Part shown: piece by piece, positions 40,706 to 56,716 of the stretch
Layout of the letters: each line of letters starts with the position of its first letter
How positions within the stretch are numbered: position 1 is the first letter of the stretch
Source: Octopus vulgaris
Taxonomy: Eukaryota
Direction of reading: 5' to 3'
DNA length: 64,000 bases
Assembly (NCBI GenBank): GCA_951406725.2
Contig: OX597840.1
Coordinates: 19,220,001-19,284,000 of the forward strand
Made by a program: the position numbers and the translations under genes
The notes under the pieces: generated by a model
Seen by the model: the letters and a program-made list of their open reading frames with translations, nothing else
Databases searched by the model: none
Told to the model about the DNA's origin: nothing

Positions 40706-42026
40706 CGGAGGAAGAGAGAAACAAGACGGATAGAACTACAGGGAAAGAGGGAGGGACATTCACCAATCATTAATGCTGGTCATTTTGACCTAAATTCGTT
40801 AAGGTCTATTAAAAGTTACTTCTCTTCTACAATCAGACGGTATCTTGTGTTCTAACGGAATCTAATTAAAGCTGCCGAACCATTTCTTTCACCAAAAATC
40901 GCTTGATTCCACATGATGTGAGCTCTAAAAGCGTTCCTTCACCAAGAGCGCAGCTGGAATAACAGAATACTTATTCGACAACAAAGGAAATTTATGCAAA
41001 TGAGACGATGTCGAAGCTGATTGGCGGACAATTGTCCACCATAATGAACAGTAAAGATACAATAGAGTCTGTGCGAGATGTTATCACTCGAAGTTAACCT
41101 GTTCTGTGGTGGTGGTGGTGGTGGTGGTGGCGGCGGCGGCAGCGGCACAGGGGGGGGTGATGCTCATTATACTAATAGTGGTGGTGGTGCGGTGGGGGTC
41201 GGTGGGGGTGTTGGAGGAGCGGCGGTGGCCATTATAGTTATGATAATGATGATGATGACGAGGAGGAGGAGGATAGAGGCAGAAGTGATGGTGGTGGTGG
41301 TGACGATAATGATAAAGACGAGTTTGATGATGACGATGATGATGACGGTGGTGTTGATGATGACGATGATGATACTGATGGTGGTGGTGGTGGTGGTGGT
41401 GGTGATGACGAACATGATGTCGATTATGACAACGATGACGATGACCATGTCGATGACTATGACGACGTGAACGATATACGAACGCTTAGAAAGTTTAAGA
41501 AACTGCGAATACAACGAGAGCGAAGCAATTCCTGCAATATGCGCCATTTTATTGTCAGATGCCCTTGTGAAACACCGACAACCACAACAGAAAAGACGAG
41601 CCTTCGAAAAGAAAAAAAGCTGTACAGTCCCACTGCGTGGTGTCTTAGGCTAGTGTATAGCCCTGGGTCGACTAATATCCTGTGAGTGGATTTGATAAGC
41701 AAAAAGGAAGTACGATGACTATTTCCCTCGCAATCCCCCGGAACAGGACTTTTCTATTTTGTCTGCAGGTGCCAAGAGAAAAGTTCCTATTTTGTGAGAA
41801 GCAACTACAACAGCAACATGGTTCAAATTCCGCCATAATCAACTTTGCCAGTAAAAAGAAGGCCCTGGGTGTATTTTTGCGCGTCCTGGTCTTGAGATCA
41901 GGAAATGGCTGTAAACGAGTCTCCCTATCATACAAGGATGTCCTTCGCTTCTAAGTTGGATGCCACTCGGTATAGAACCCGAATGGATAGAAGACACTAT
42001 CGAATGCATAGACATACATACATACA

Positions 42027-42059
<33 letters not shown>

Positions 42060-42350
42060 GTATATATGTGTGTGTGTGTGTGTGTGTTGGCAAATAATCT
42101 TTACTATATACTCTGTTACTCTTTTACATGTTTCAGTCGTTTGACTGCGACCATGCTGGAGCACCGCCTTTAGTCGAGCAAATCGACTCCAGAACTTATT
42201 CTTTGTAAGCCTAGTACTTATTCTATCGGTCTCTTTAGCCGAACCGTTATGTTGCGGGGATTTAAACACACCAGCGTCTGTTGCCAAGCGATGTTGGGAG
42301 GACAAACACAGACACACACAGACACACACACATACACACACACACATACA

Positions 42351-42406
<56 letters not shown>

Positions 42407-42524
42407 CGACGGGCTTCTTTCAGTTTCAGTCTACCAAATCCACTCACAAGGCTCACATGTTCGGCCATGTGGTTCGGAGCGGCGATGGAGATGAGGCTGG
42501 AATATTAACTTACTTCAAAGGTAA

Positions 42525-42630
42525 GGGTTGGCGACAGCAACAGGAAGGGCATCCGGGGGCTGAAAATCTTTCCCCTGACGAATTCCACTTGGCCTATACA
42601 AACGTGGAAAAATCGACGTCAAAACGATGA
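42525..42630 (+). mobile_element. RTE-type SINE/LINE 3' tail
   Basis: GGGTTGGCGACAG..GGAAGGGCATCCGG...GTGGAAAAATCGACGTCAAAACGATGATG running into (GAT)n. Confidence 0.55.
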
Positions 42631-42677
42631 TGGTGGTGATGGTAATGATGATGATGATGATGACGACGATGATGATA

Positions 42678-42708
<31 letters not shown>

Positions 42709-43171
42709 CGACGACAATAACAATGATGATAATGATGATGAGGAGGGCTGGGGAAGAACGGGATATTGGTGGTGATGATGACGGTGATGACGAAAATGAA
42801 GACGCGGGCAATGACAATGACAACGACGACGATAACGATGATGACGACGTTGATGATGACGATGATGATGATGACGATTATGATGATGACATTAACGACG
42901 ACGACGAGGATGATGATAATGAAGGGGACGACGGCAACGTCGATGACGATGAAGAGGAGGAGGGAGAGAAGAAATAGGAAGAAAAGGAAGAATAGGAGGA
43001 GGAGCTGGTGGTGGTGGCGATAGTGGTAGTGGTAATAATGGTGGTGGTGAGGAGAAGGAGGAGGAGAAGGAAGAGGAGGATGATGAAACGATTTCGAACA
43101 TTGTAGATAATACGCATAAGACCTCGACTGAAAACAATATAATTTTCCTTGCTTCCTGTGCATTAATTTAG

Positions 43172-44400
<1,229 letters not shown>

Positions 44401-45730
44401 ACAAAATAGAAAATTTCTGTGTGTAAATCTCCGTGATGAAATCGCAATACACAGGCGTAGGAATGGCTGTGTGGTTTGTTGCCTCATGAATAATATATGA
44501 GATCAACGTTCTCGGAAAAGAACGATCGGTGGGCGTCGCTTTTTCCCCTCTTTCAATCATAATTTTCATTTTTCATTTCATATAACTTTATGTCTGTGTC
44601 CAGCCCGCAGCTTCCTATCTCTATGTAAGGCCTTTATGGCCAATATAATCAAATAAAGAAGCTTACTTCCCTGCCACATAGCTCCAGGTTCAATCCCACT
44701 GCGTGGCAGCTTGGGCAAGTGTCTTCCACTATAGCCTATGGCTAACCAAAGCCTTGTGAGTAGATTTGAGAGACGGAAACTGAAAGAAGCCCTTGGTATA
44801 TATGTATATATGTATATATTTATGTGTGTGTGTCTTTGTGTCTGTTTGTCCCCCCAACACCATCGCTTGACAACCCCGTTACTTTGCAGTTCGGCAAAAG
44901 AGTCCGATAGAATAAGTACTAGACTTACAAAGAGAATAAGCACTGGAGTTGACCCATTAAGGCAGTGCTCCAGCCTAGCCGCAGTCAAATGATTGAAACA
45001 AGTAAAAGAATAAAAGAAATATATCCATGCAGACAAAAATACCCAGCTGTTGTTGCTGTTAAAATTGCAATGGAGGAATCTTGGATCTGGGTTAGAAACC
45101 GGTTCTTTCTTTATTGGCAAGAAATCTTGAAATAAACTGAATAATGACAGACATATAGGCACATGCGAAGTGTTTCTTTGTATATAACACGAAATCTTTT
45201 CCCTTAAAAATTTTTTCGTTAACCTCCTACCACCACCTCCGCCACCAACATTACCACTACTACGAACATTATTACAACTGCCACTACTGCCACCATCACC
45301 ACCACCACCACCATCATCACTGCTACAACTACTACTACTACTACTACCAACACCACTTCCACCTCCACTAAAACATCACACTAACACCAACACCTCCACT
45401 ACCACCACCAACACTACCACTACCACCACAACGTCTCTCTCCCCCACTCCCTCTGCCTATCACACACATCACTGACAAAAGTACCTTTAAATCTCTAGAA
45501 ATTTCTTTTCATTAAATTTTTTTAAATACTAAAATCTTTGTCCTTTGTCTTTTCGACCTCTTCCCCCCCTTTCTTATATTTCTCCTTCATATTTCTGTCT
45601 GTTTGTCTCTCAAACTTTCTCTCTCTTTCTCTCTCACTCTCTACCTATCTATTTCCCCCTTTCTTTCTCTCTATATTATTTTTCCTTTTCATCATATCTG
45701 ATTTTGCCGTTTGGAACCTTAATACTTCTA

Positions 45731-45815
<85 letters not shown>

Positions 45816-45900
45816 GTGTGTGTGTTTGTATGTGTATACATACTGTTACGAAAATGTTTTGGAAAGAAAAAAGTGGATTTTCATTTAGGCATATTGATTC

Positions 45901-46022
<122 letters not shown>

Positions 46023-46525
46023 GTACATATCCGCTTTTTCACTAAAACTAACTGGCGATTTCCATCAACCAATCAAATTTACATATTTGCTTTCAAACAC
46101 TTCGTGACATTCCGAAAGATCCTGAATTTATATGTACAAATAATGATGTTTGGAATTTATATATATACATAAGATATAATGTTATATGATATCTATATAA
46201 ATATGTGTGTGTGTATAAAATGAATCAAAGGACATACTAGGTATGTCTACCTGCTGGAAATAACTGTCAAACTCTTATTTAAATCGCCAAAATACACTGA
46301 TGATAACTACAGAAATCAACCGAAAGCAGATCAGGTTAATAAAATCTCCCAACGTACATTTAAGTATCTGGACTCACGTGGACCGGTTTCTGCACTGGCA
46401 AAAAATCGCCTTAGCTTCTTCAGCACATGTTACCATGATAGAAACCCGAACCTATCGTATTGAAGTCTGCGCTGCAACAGATTCGTTTTGCTCCGAAATC
46501 AACTACAGCCACCAGTGAGGAAATA

Positions 46526-46767
46526 CTCTCGATACAAGGGCAAACAATTCGCGAGAAAAGATAATTTTCGGAAAATTAATTTGCTAAGATATTAATTTTG
46601 TTATTATCTGGAATGACTATTTTTTTTAAATGATAATAACAGAATCAATAATATTATTGATTGTGTTTTTTTTTTTTAAATAGTCATTCCATATAATAAT
46701 TAATATCTTAGCAAATTATTTTTTCGAGAATGATTTTTTCTCGCGAATTGTTTACCCTTGTATCGAG
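46526..46767. mobile_element. Fully palindromic foldback MITE with TA flanks
   Basis: CTCGATACAAGGGCAAACAATTCGCGAGAAAA... / ...TTTTCTCGCGAATTGTTTACCCTTGTATCGAG; the arms pair inward to a central ATCAATAATATTATTGAT. Confidence 0.85.
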
Positions 46768-47176
46768 TATATATATATTTATATATATACTCTTTACTCT
46801 TTTACTTGCTTCAGTCATTTGACTGCGGCCATGCTGGAGCACCGCCTTTAGTCGAGCAAATCGACCCCGAGACTTATTCTTTGTAAGCTCAGTACTTATT
46901 CTATCGGTCTCTTTTGCCGAACCGCTAAGTGACGGGGATGTAAACACACCAGCATCGGTTGTCAAGCAATGCTAGGGGGACAAACACAGACACACAAACA
47001 CACACATACATATACATATATATACATATATACGACAGGTTTCTTTCAGTTTCCATCTACCAAATCCACTCACAAGGCATTGGTCGGCCCGGGGCTATAG
47101 CAGAAGACACTTGCCCAAGATGCTACGCATTGGGACTGAACCCTGAACCATGTGGTTGGTTAGCAGAGATAATATA

Positions 47177-47226
<50 letters not shown>

Positions 47227-47324
47227 ATTGCTAAATAAATCACCCGTACACGACCGACTCACCGGCCGGACAAGCAGCCAGGAGTAAAATATGATGTCGG
47301 ATCCGTGCACTATTGTGTCTGTCT

Positions 47325-47436
<112 letters not shown>

Positions 47437-47642
47437 TGTGTCTGTGTCTGTATGTTGCGTGTGCGTGAGTGAGCAGCAAACTTTTTCCACTCACCGCTTT
47501 TCTGAATGTCCTGAAGACGGCGTCTTCATCCTGAGATATAAAAATAAAAGGTAGTACTGCAAATTTGTTGTTTACTTTTCAATTTGTAGGTTACTTTGTA
47601 CCTTCTCACATTGTTCCGGCTTTATACAACTACATTCTGTAA

Positions 47643-47699
<57 letters not shown>

Positions 47700-48624
47700 A
47701 ATCAGCTGAGTTTACATGAAAAAGTGCTCAAGTGCAGATAGTTTATTGTATTCCACTTGTCAAACTGATTTCAAAATTGGGGACCAACTTTTATATAGAT
47801 TTACTTCTAATTACCTCCGGATTGTTCTAGTAAAATTCTAATTACCTCCGGATTGCTCTAGTAAACAGAAAGTTCATGTAAAGGTGGCGCATATTTTTTC
47901 TATAGTCTGTTTCTTAAGCTTTCAATTGGAAGAAAAGTAGAAAAAGAAAAACACACAACCAAAACTGACAAACACATATGTCCGTCATATTCGTAGTTGT
48001 TCAGCTTTTATCGAAGTCAGATACAAAATATCAAGTCTAAAAATATATATAGTTTATCGCCAGAGCACTACCTGCAAACTAACAGGAAAAAAAAGAGAAA
48101 AAATCAATGTCACTACTTGCATTCCTAAAGATTATTGCATCTGAAATCTTTTCAATCAACACTTCTGCGGCAGCGAATAAGTTTTGAGCGAATGTACATT
48201 TGAAGTGTTATAGAGAAAAAATATCCAAGTCACCCAGGAGAAACCAAAGAGAAAAGTGAGCTGCTGCAAAACTGAACATTTGTCATTGGCATAAAGTGAA
48301 AAGATTCTTAGAACTTTGGGAGAGTAGAAGCTGAAATTTTTTTATGAATTTATTTTAAATTTTATAACGTACTGAAACAGTAGGGAATATAAACATGCAT
48401 GCATAAATTCATATAATCATACACATATGTGTACGTACACACACACACACACACACACGCTGATACACACACACACACACACAGATATACACACGCATAT
48501 ATGTATACATATATTTATATATACATATATGCATATGTATATAAATATATACACATATGCAAACATATATATATATAAGCAATATATAATACAAATATAT
48601 GTATACTTACATACACACACACAC

Positions 48625-48718
<94 letters not shown>

Positions 48719-49188
48719 ATATATACATATATATGTATATATTTAGACACATATACATACATATATATGTATATATTTATATCCTACTTAACGTGGAGAT
48801 ACTTTAAGAACGTAATATTATTGTCTTGAGAAAGAATCTCGTATAGACATATAGTGCGAAAAAGCAATACGGAAGAAGTTTCGATACCATGTGGTGATAG
48901 CTGTTCTGTGCTGCTGATGACATGCAGACACACAGAAAGCTTGCGATCTTGCAGTTCTGCAACTGGTGCGGAGTATTTTCTATCCGCTACTGAGATTTCT
49001 ATACGTTTATACAAGACCTGTTCTCAACACGAATACTGCATGATTATAACGTTAAGTGGGATATAAAGTTGCTATTCGGCACCAATACTGCTTCTGATGC
49101 TAATAACTAACACACACGCAGTAAAACTCTGGGACGATGCAACCGAATAGTCCTCTCCAATAAAATTTCAAGCCTAGTGCTCGAAAGG

Positions 49189-49227
<39 letters not shown>

Positions 49228-49250
49228 GGTGTTATTATTATTATTATTGG

Positions 49251-49305
<55 letters not shown>

Positions 49306-49364
49306 GGTGTTATTATTATTATTGGTGTTATTATTATTATTGGTGTTATTATTATTATTATTGG

Positions 49365-49439
<75 letters not shown>

Positions 49440-49442
<3 letters not shown>

Positions 49443-49957
49443 TGAGCGAGAGAGCAGCACATGCCATCAAAGTGGCACTGGGGTAAAATATACGAAGCCC
49501 AATATACCTATCATAACTACACATTTAAGGTTACATCAGGCACATGCATCACAACCATATATGCGCGACATGGTGATCTTCTATTAAGATAATCAGTGCA
49601 TGACCTTTCAGGTGGGGCCCAGTTAGAATTTTCTTCAGGTTGAGTAACCCATCACGCTCAAAAGTTCTCTGAACAATGTGAATTATCCAAACCCCAAAGA
49701 GTTCCTTTCAACACATGGCTATGATGCTCCCCCACTACTTCTGCTCGTGATAAGAGATGCACATATCGTCTGCCACCAAGGGACATTCTCAACTGGTTAA
49801 AGTCAAACAACTGACAAGCAGAATATTTGCTGTAGCCCATCTTTTGTACTAAGACAAAACAATGTACATGATAACACTTCCAATCAGTTAAGATCAGAAG
49901 CCACGAGAGCCACTGCCTGGTACTGCATCAGGGCATAGCCACTGCTTGGTACTGCAT
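49440..49957 (-). mobile_element. Non-coding ~500-bp retroposon with (TAA)n tail and no tRNA head
   Basis: The 5' part TGCCCTGATG..GT.CCAGGCAGTGGCTC...CTGATCTTAACTGATTGGAAGT recurs at 30362-30445 (+), next to a (TAA)n tract. Confidence 0.7.
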
Positions 49958-50000
49958 TGTCATCATCATCATCATCATCATCATCATCACCACCACCACC

Positions 50001-50088
<88 letters not shown>

Positions 50089-50821
50089 CAAATAAATACA
50101 CGTTTTCTGATTTTTTTTCTCTGTGAACAAAAAGTGTGTAACTGAGCACAAAGGATAAAGAAGTACAAAGAGATTGTTTTCTCTCTCTATGTGTTTAATT
50201 TATTCCACTACATGCTACACGCCATAACAATGACTATAAATCTAGTACAGCCCGGTGTCGTATAATACTGTTCCATTATCCAAAACACCATGTTCAGAGC
50301 ATCAATGCTTAATTAAATTCCTTTTACGTACACGCATCATAATCATGTTGAACGCGCACTTAACCGATTTCTAATTAAATGTCTATCAACATATTAATTA
50401 CAAATTACTTTTGTCTAAAAGGCCTTTTGTATAATTCCATTTCATGTTCTTGAATTATTTGAGTCTATCACACGCCTTGAATTATGGAATGGTTACCAGC
50501 CAGGTCAAAGATGAAACGGAATGAAAAGAAAAAACAATGGTGGCTATCAAAAGGCTAATACGGTTAATAATGGAGAGATTTAAAGGAAGTGTCTATTCGA
50601 TGCGAAACTGTTATTTTTCATCGATTTTTATCAATAATAGACACGGGTTGTGTCTGTATTGTAAGAAAGTTGCTTTCTAATCCCATGCTTGCAAGTTCAG
50701 TCCCATTCTGTGGCACCATGCACTGGTGTCTTCTGTAGAGTCAATCTGACCAAAGACTTGTGACCTGCCATGTATGAACAACATCATATAAACGCACACA
50801 TTTACCTATATATATGCATAC

Positions 50822-50859
<38 letters not shown>

Positions 50860-50989
50860 GTCTGTCTATCTGTCTGTCTGTCTGTCTGTCTGCCTCTCTC
50901 TCTTTCTCTCTCCTCCTATGTATGTATGTATGCATATATATATATATATGCATATGTATATGTATATATATATATGTATATATATATAT

Positions 50990-51180
50990 TACTACGGCAC
51001 TCAGTCGATTACGACGACGAGGATTCCAGTTGATCCAATCAACGGAAGAGCCTGCTCGTGAAATTAACGTGCAAGTGGCTGAGCACTCCACAGACACGTG
51101 TACTCTAAACGTAGTTCTCGGGAAGATTCAGCGTGACACAGAGTGTGACAAGGTTGGCCCTTTGAAATACAAATACAACA
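50990..51180 (+). mobile_element. SINE family C 3' half (element runs on the minus strand)
   Basis: Overlaps both the 12162-12250 and 21580-21635 fragments. Confidence 0.75.
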
Positions 51181-51244
51181 GAAACATGAAGAAAGTCTGA
51201 GAGAAATTTGTGGTGAAAGAGTACAGCGGGGTTCGCCACTGCTG

Positions 51245-51921
51245 TGTGAACAACGGGAGAGAGATGTGACCATCGTCCATCTTCCTTTTCCTCGCGTGAC
51301 CATCTTCCTTTTCCTACACGACGTCCTAAGGACTGGACGTTTTTTTCTCTCTCTTCTATCTTTTCTCCTTTCAAAGAGAATATTTCTGCCAGCTTTCACT
51401 ACTTTCCTCTCGTTCTGGTCTAATGACCCTCCAGAAAGACAGACAAAAGAAAAAGAACGCAGGAAGACAGTTCAAATGGCAACAAAATTCAACTCTGGTA
51501 ATCCTTTGTAGCACAGTTAAAAATCATTTGCCGCATAAAAAATAGCAGCAAGAAATTGCTCCAATTCTGGTTGTACTCCAAATTCTGAAATCCATGAAGT
51601 GCACACAGTCACATAAAATCATAAATTTTCGTAGGGACACGCCTCCTGAAACACACACAATTCTCACTAAAAAGCGAGTCTTTTAGTACGACCACTGGCA
51701 AACAAATGTCTGGAACCCAGTGGAGACCCCTGTTCGGAAAAATAATAAACAATACGGACAACAGAGCCCACTGAGCCCCCCAAAAACAAATGCCTTACCT
51801 GCGGTCGTACTTCAGATGTTCGATTTTTCAACGTCAAACGACGTTACTTTCTCAGCGTAGAAAAAACACGTCAACAACTTAGTAGTAAGGAAGATACTTA
51901 CCACACAGCCACTCCTACGTC
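51245..51921 (-). mobile_element. SINE A head (51885-51921) joined at the same position to the putative site-specific LINE 5' region
   Basis: Minus strand GACGTAGGAGTGGCTGTGTGGTAAGTATCTTCCTTAC|TACTAAG. Segment 51465-51515 is essentially identical to 58102-58152 (+). Confidence 0.65.
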
Positions 51922-51985
<64 letters not shown>

Positions 51986-51997
51986 ATATATGCATAA

Positions 51998-52045
<48 letters not shown>

Positions 52046-52051
52046 GCATAA

Positions 52052-52097
<46 letters not shown>

Positions 52098-52214
52098 CGT
52101 CTGAGAAGTGCTGAAGATTTTCTATTTTGGATATATTTGGAGTACTTAGGTCTGCTCAGGACTTAGTGCTTGCTTCTTCCGTGAGTATGAGTAAGTATTT
52201 CATTTATGTCTTAT

Positions 52215-52406
52215 GTATTTATCGCTGAGGAAGGGAAAATTCTTATGAATTAACTCTGAAATTGGGACCAATACGGTAATAACGGAATTTAAAAAAAATT
52301 TCTTTCGGCTTGTCTCGAGACGCATAAATTATAATGGCTATTGACAATTTTGTCTATTTTCAGCATATTTGGCATTAGAATTTTTCTTTTGCCCTTATTT
52401 TATAAG

Positions 52407-52410
<4 letters not shown>
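52215..52410 (+). mobile_element. Penelope-like terminal segment with a degenerate hammerhead; second copy at 58265-58470
   Basis: ATTTATCG CTGAGGA...CTCGAGACGC. The paralog has TTCGAGACGCGT...AGTGATAAAT. Both end in (TA)n. Confidence 0.55.
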
Positions 52411-52454
<44 letters not shown>

Positions 52455-52887
52455 TGTCAAAAATAAATAATTAATATGTGTGCGCGCGCGCGTGTGTATG
52501 TATAAATACATACTTACATATATACGTACACTACATTAATATTGCCAAATGGTTCATAAAATTTTACCTCTCATCAATGTAGTCCTGGTTTCAATCTCAG
52601 CGCATAGCATCTATGTCATATGTCAGTTAAATCACCAGTGTTCACAGTTTCTCTAATCAATCAATTCCAGCTTGGCTAACAACAAATTTTGTATTTGGGA
52701 CTGTAATAGCAGAATGGCTGTTCTTTATGGGTTATGAGCGAATGATTCGCCGTCTGGAGTTGATGAAGCGTAACGAAGCAAAAACGTGTTAAATTTAACT
52801 GTACACTTCCTGATATATGTGTGTGTGTGTGCGCGCGCGTTTTATATGTATTTGTGTGTGTATATGTGTGTGTATACATAAGTATAT

Positions 52888-53113
52888 ATATGTGTATATT
52901 TAAAGGGCTAAAAAACCACTATGTGGTCAGCCATATGCTAGAAGTAGATCACCTACGATCAAACTACAAAGAAAAGAATGTTCTCTAGAGAAAAATTCAG
53001 CAGACACCAGAACAATATGCGGGCAAGACAAATGAAAATTATGTTAAAAACAAAAATTAATCGCAGACCGGCGGTTTCGCCTATTAACGAATGAATCACT
53101 TACGTAATCCCTC

Positions 53114-53193
<80 letters not shown>

Positions 53194-53222
53194 TTATGTA
53201 TGTATAAACTTATATATTCATA

Positions 53223-53256
<34 letters not shown>

Positions 53257-53828
53257 TGTGTATATGTGTGTGTACTCTTATATGTGAAAAGGCGTGGCTG
53301 TGTGGTAAGAAGTTTGCTTTCCAACCATAATGCTCCGGGTTCAGTCTCACTGCATGGCACCTTGAGCAAGTGCCTTCTACTATATCCCTGCCTACCAAAG
53401 CCTTGTGAGTGGATTTGGTAGGCGAAAACTGAAAGCCCTCCCTATACATACATATATACATACATACATACATACATACATACATACATACATACATACA
53501 TACATACATACATGATGGCTGCCCCCTCGTTATCGGGTATGGCCATTGCACGAAGCTTAACTGTTATTGGTGCCGTGATCGAATGTGACTTTTTAGCCCA
53601 GCTAAAGATCTACAATGTCTTGTACAGAATTGGCAGCGAAAACCTTTACCAGTAATAGCATACATACATACGTACATACATACATACAGATATGTATGTA
53701 TATATGTTCTGGTGTCCGCTGAATTTTTCTCTAGAGAATATTCTTTTCTTTGTAGTTTGATCGTAGGTGATCTACTTCTAGCATACGGCTGACCACTTAG
53801 TGGTTTTTTAGCTCTTTAAATATACATA
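52888..53828. mobile_element. Tail-out inverted repeat (arms ~52888-53014 and 53705-53828) with SINE A and RTE fragments between
   Basis: About 125-bp reverse-complement arms. The longer left arm has GAAACCG-C-CGGTC on the minus strand (53066-53078), a hammerhead 3' half. Confidence 0.75.
53511..53658 (-). mobile_element. Second, shorter copy of the zinc-finger RTE 3' end
   Basis: ITGKGFRCQFCTRHCRSLAGLKSHIRSRHQ* plus the same 3'UTR as 1270-1415, with (CATA)n on both sides. Confidence 0.9.
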
Positions 53829-54378
53829 TGTATATATGTATGTATTCATGTATGTATGTGTTTGTGTATGCCTATGTGTCTGTGTATGCCTCTGTGTATG
53901 CCTATGTTTGTCCTTCACTATCGTTTGACAACCAGTGTTGTCTTTATGCCCCCGTAACTTAACGGTTCGGCAACAGGGGTCGATGGAATAAGGGGTCGAG
54001 CTTCACTAATAAGTACTGGGATCGATTCGTTCGTTAAAAGTCTAGAAGGCAGTGCTCCAGCATGGCTGAAAAAGTTAGATCCACTTTAGGGATTATATAA
54101 TCCAAAAGATTCCACTGCTTAATCATATAATGCGAAAGTACTGAAACATTTTTTCTTTTATTTGTTTCAGTCTTTTGACTGTTCCATGCTGGAGCACCGC
54201 CTTTTTTTAGTCGAACAAATCGACCCGAGGACTTATTCCTTGTAAGCCTGGTACTTATTCTATCGGTTTCTTTTGCCGAACTGCTAAGTTACGGTGACGT
54301 GAACAAACCAACATCGGTTGTCAAGCGATGATGATCGGGACAAGCACAGAGACACAAACATATACATACACAGACACA

Positions 54379-54424
<46 letters not shown>

Positions 54425-54433
54425 AACTCTTTA

Positions 54434-54490
<57 letters not shown>

Positions 54491-54492
54491 GT

Positions 54493-54770
54493 GTAAAGGG
54501 TAAAGACCCATTCGGTCATGACCGATCATGGGATTGCGCCTAGAAAATTCCCCTCCAAGGCACAAGTCCGGGCAAGGTTGTTTATGTAAGACCAGCAGTC
54601 GCCTATGCATAAAAGCCGCCCCCTTCCAACTTTCCACGCCAAGGGAAATGCAAAGGCCGATACAGCTTGGCACCAGTGACGTCGGAACTCATTTCTACAG
54701 TTGAGTGAACAGGAGCAACGTGAAATAAAGTATCTTGCTCAAGAACACAACACAAAGCCCAGTCCTGGAC
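54493..54770 (-). mobile_element. SINE (family D) body and tail
   Basis: Minus strand TGTGTTCTTGAGCAAGATACTTTATTTCACGTTGCTCC core, shared with family C, ending TTTACCCTTTAC. Confidence 0.65.
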
Positions 54771-55017
54771 TCTTACACACATACGTACACACACGCGTGC
54801 GCGCACATACAAACTCACATAAACATGAAGGAATATACACATGCAAATCGAGAGGAGAGAGAGGGAGAGGGAAGGAGAGACAGAGGAAGAGAGTAAGAGA
54901 CATTGCTTATGAAATCTCGATGCTCACATACATAAACAGAAAGATATCGTGAGAGAGAGGAAAGGAGAGAAAGAGAAGAGGAGAGAGTGAGAGGGGAAGA
55001 GAAATATTACTCATATA

Positions 55018-55670
55018 TATTTCTTTACTACCCACAAGGGGCTAAACACAGATGGGACAAACAAGGACAGACAAACGGATTAAGTCGATTACATCAACCC
55101 CAGTGCATAACTGGTACTTATTTAATCGACCCCGAAAGGATGAAAGGCAAAGTCGACCTCGGCGGAATTTGAACTCAGAACGTAACGACAGACGAAATAC
55201 CTATTTCTTTATTACCCACAAGGGGCTAAACACAGAGAGGACAAACAAGGACAGACAAGCGGATTAAGTCGATTATATCGACCCCAGTGAGTAACTGGTA
55301 CTTAATTTATCGACCCCGAAAGGATGAAAGGCAAAGTCGACCTCAGCGGAATTTGAACTCAGAACGTAACGGTAGACGAAATACTGCTAAGCATTTCGCC
55401 CGGCGCGCTAACGTGTCTGCCAGCTCGCCGCCTTAACATTACTCGCGAGCTGGCAGAAACGTTAGCACGCCGGGCGAAATGCGTGGCCGTATTTCGTCTG
55501 CTGTTACGTTCTGAGTTCAAATTCCGCCGAGGTCGACTTTGCCTTTCATCCTTTCGGGGTTGATAAATTAAGTACCAGTTGCGCACTGGGGTCGATGTAA
55601 TCGACTTAATCCATTTGTCTGTCCTTGTTTGTCCTCTCTGTGTTTAGCCCCTTGTGGGTAGTAAAGAAAT
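55018..55670. mobile_element. Head-to-head SINE B pair: minus-strand dimer (55018-55435) and plus-strand monomer (55444-55670)
   Basis: Near-identical inverted copies about 10 bp apart. Confidence 0.92.
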
Positions 55671-56224
55671 ATATATACAACTATAACTAGAGGCTCACAT
55701 ACATAAACACAGGAAGAGAGAGAGAGAGAGAGACAGAGACAGACAGACAGACAGAGTGGGAGAGAGAAAGACAGAAAGAGGAAGATAGAGATGTACCCAT
55801 TCATACAAACAAGCAAAACGTTCACACACATAAAAGAGAGAGCGGGAGGGAGGGAGAATTATATATCTTAGTAATTGGTCTACTCCATCAGGGATGACCT
55901 GGGGTTAAAGAAGTACCATAGCCTACTACAAGCCAACAAGGGAGTCTCTGCAAAATCATTCGCCTTGCAAGAAATAACAACCAAATCTTCCTCAAATCAT
56001 GCACGTGCTTGGGGGAAGTAAAAGACGCGTTGGACGTTGGAACGCACCATATCAAAAGGCGAGATTGTCACGGATGGATCACCAGTATCAAATGTCCCGT
56101 ATCTGCTCGGTCAGTGCTTACCTGAGGGCTAAACAATGATCTGAACGAAAACTGCACCAACACCGCTCCCGCCGTCCGCCCCACCATGACCAAGATGACG
56201 ACACCACCACCATCAACAATAACA

Positions 56225-56263
<39 letters not shown>

Positions 56264-56295
56264 GTTACTGTTACTACTACTACAACTACAGCAGA

Positions 56296-56329
<34 letters not shown>

Positions 56330-56617
56330 ACTACTACTACTACTACTACAATTACTACAACTACCGCCATCACCAACATCACCACCAAGTCCATCACCAT
56401 CAGCTACTACTACTACTACTACTTTTACTACTACTACTACTACTTCTACTACTACTACTACTACTTCTACTACTACTACTACTACTACCATCACCAACAT
56501 CACTAAGTCCATCACCATCAACTACTACTACTATTACTACAATTACTACAGCTACCGCCATCAACATCACCAAGTCCATCACTACTACTACTTTTACTAC
56601 TACTACTACTACTAATT

Positions 56618-56716
<99 letters not shown>

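Noticed and set aside
48905-48960. CTGATGA...GAAA as a hammerhead
   Set aside because: Neither stem I nor stem II can pair.
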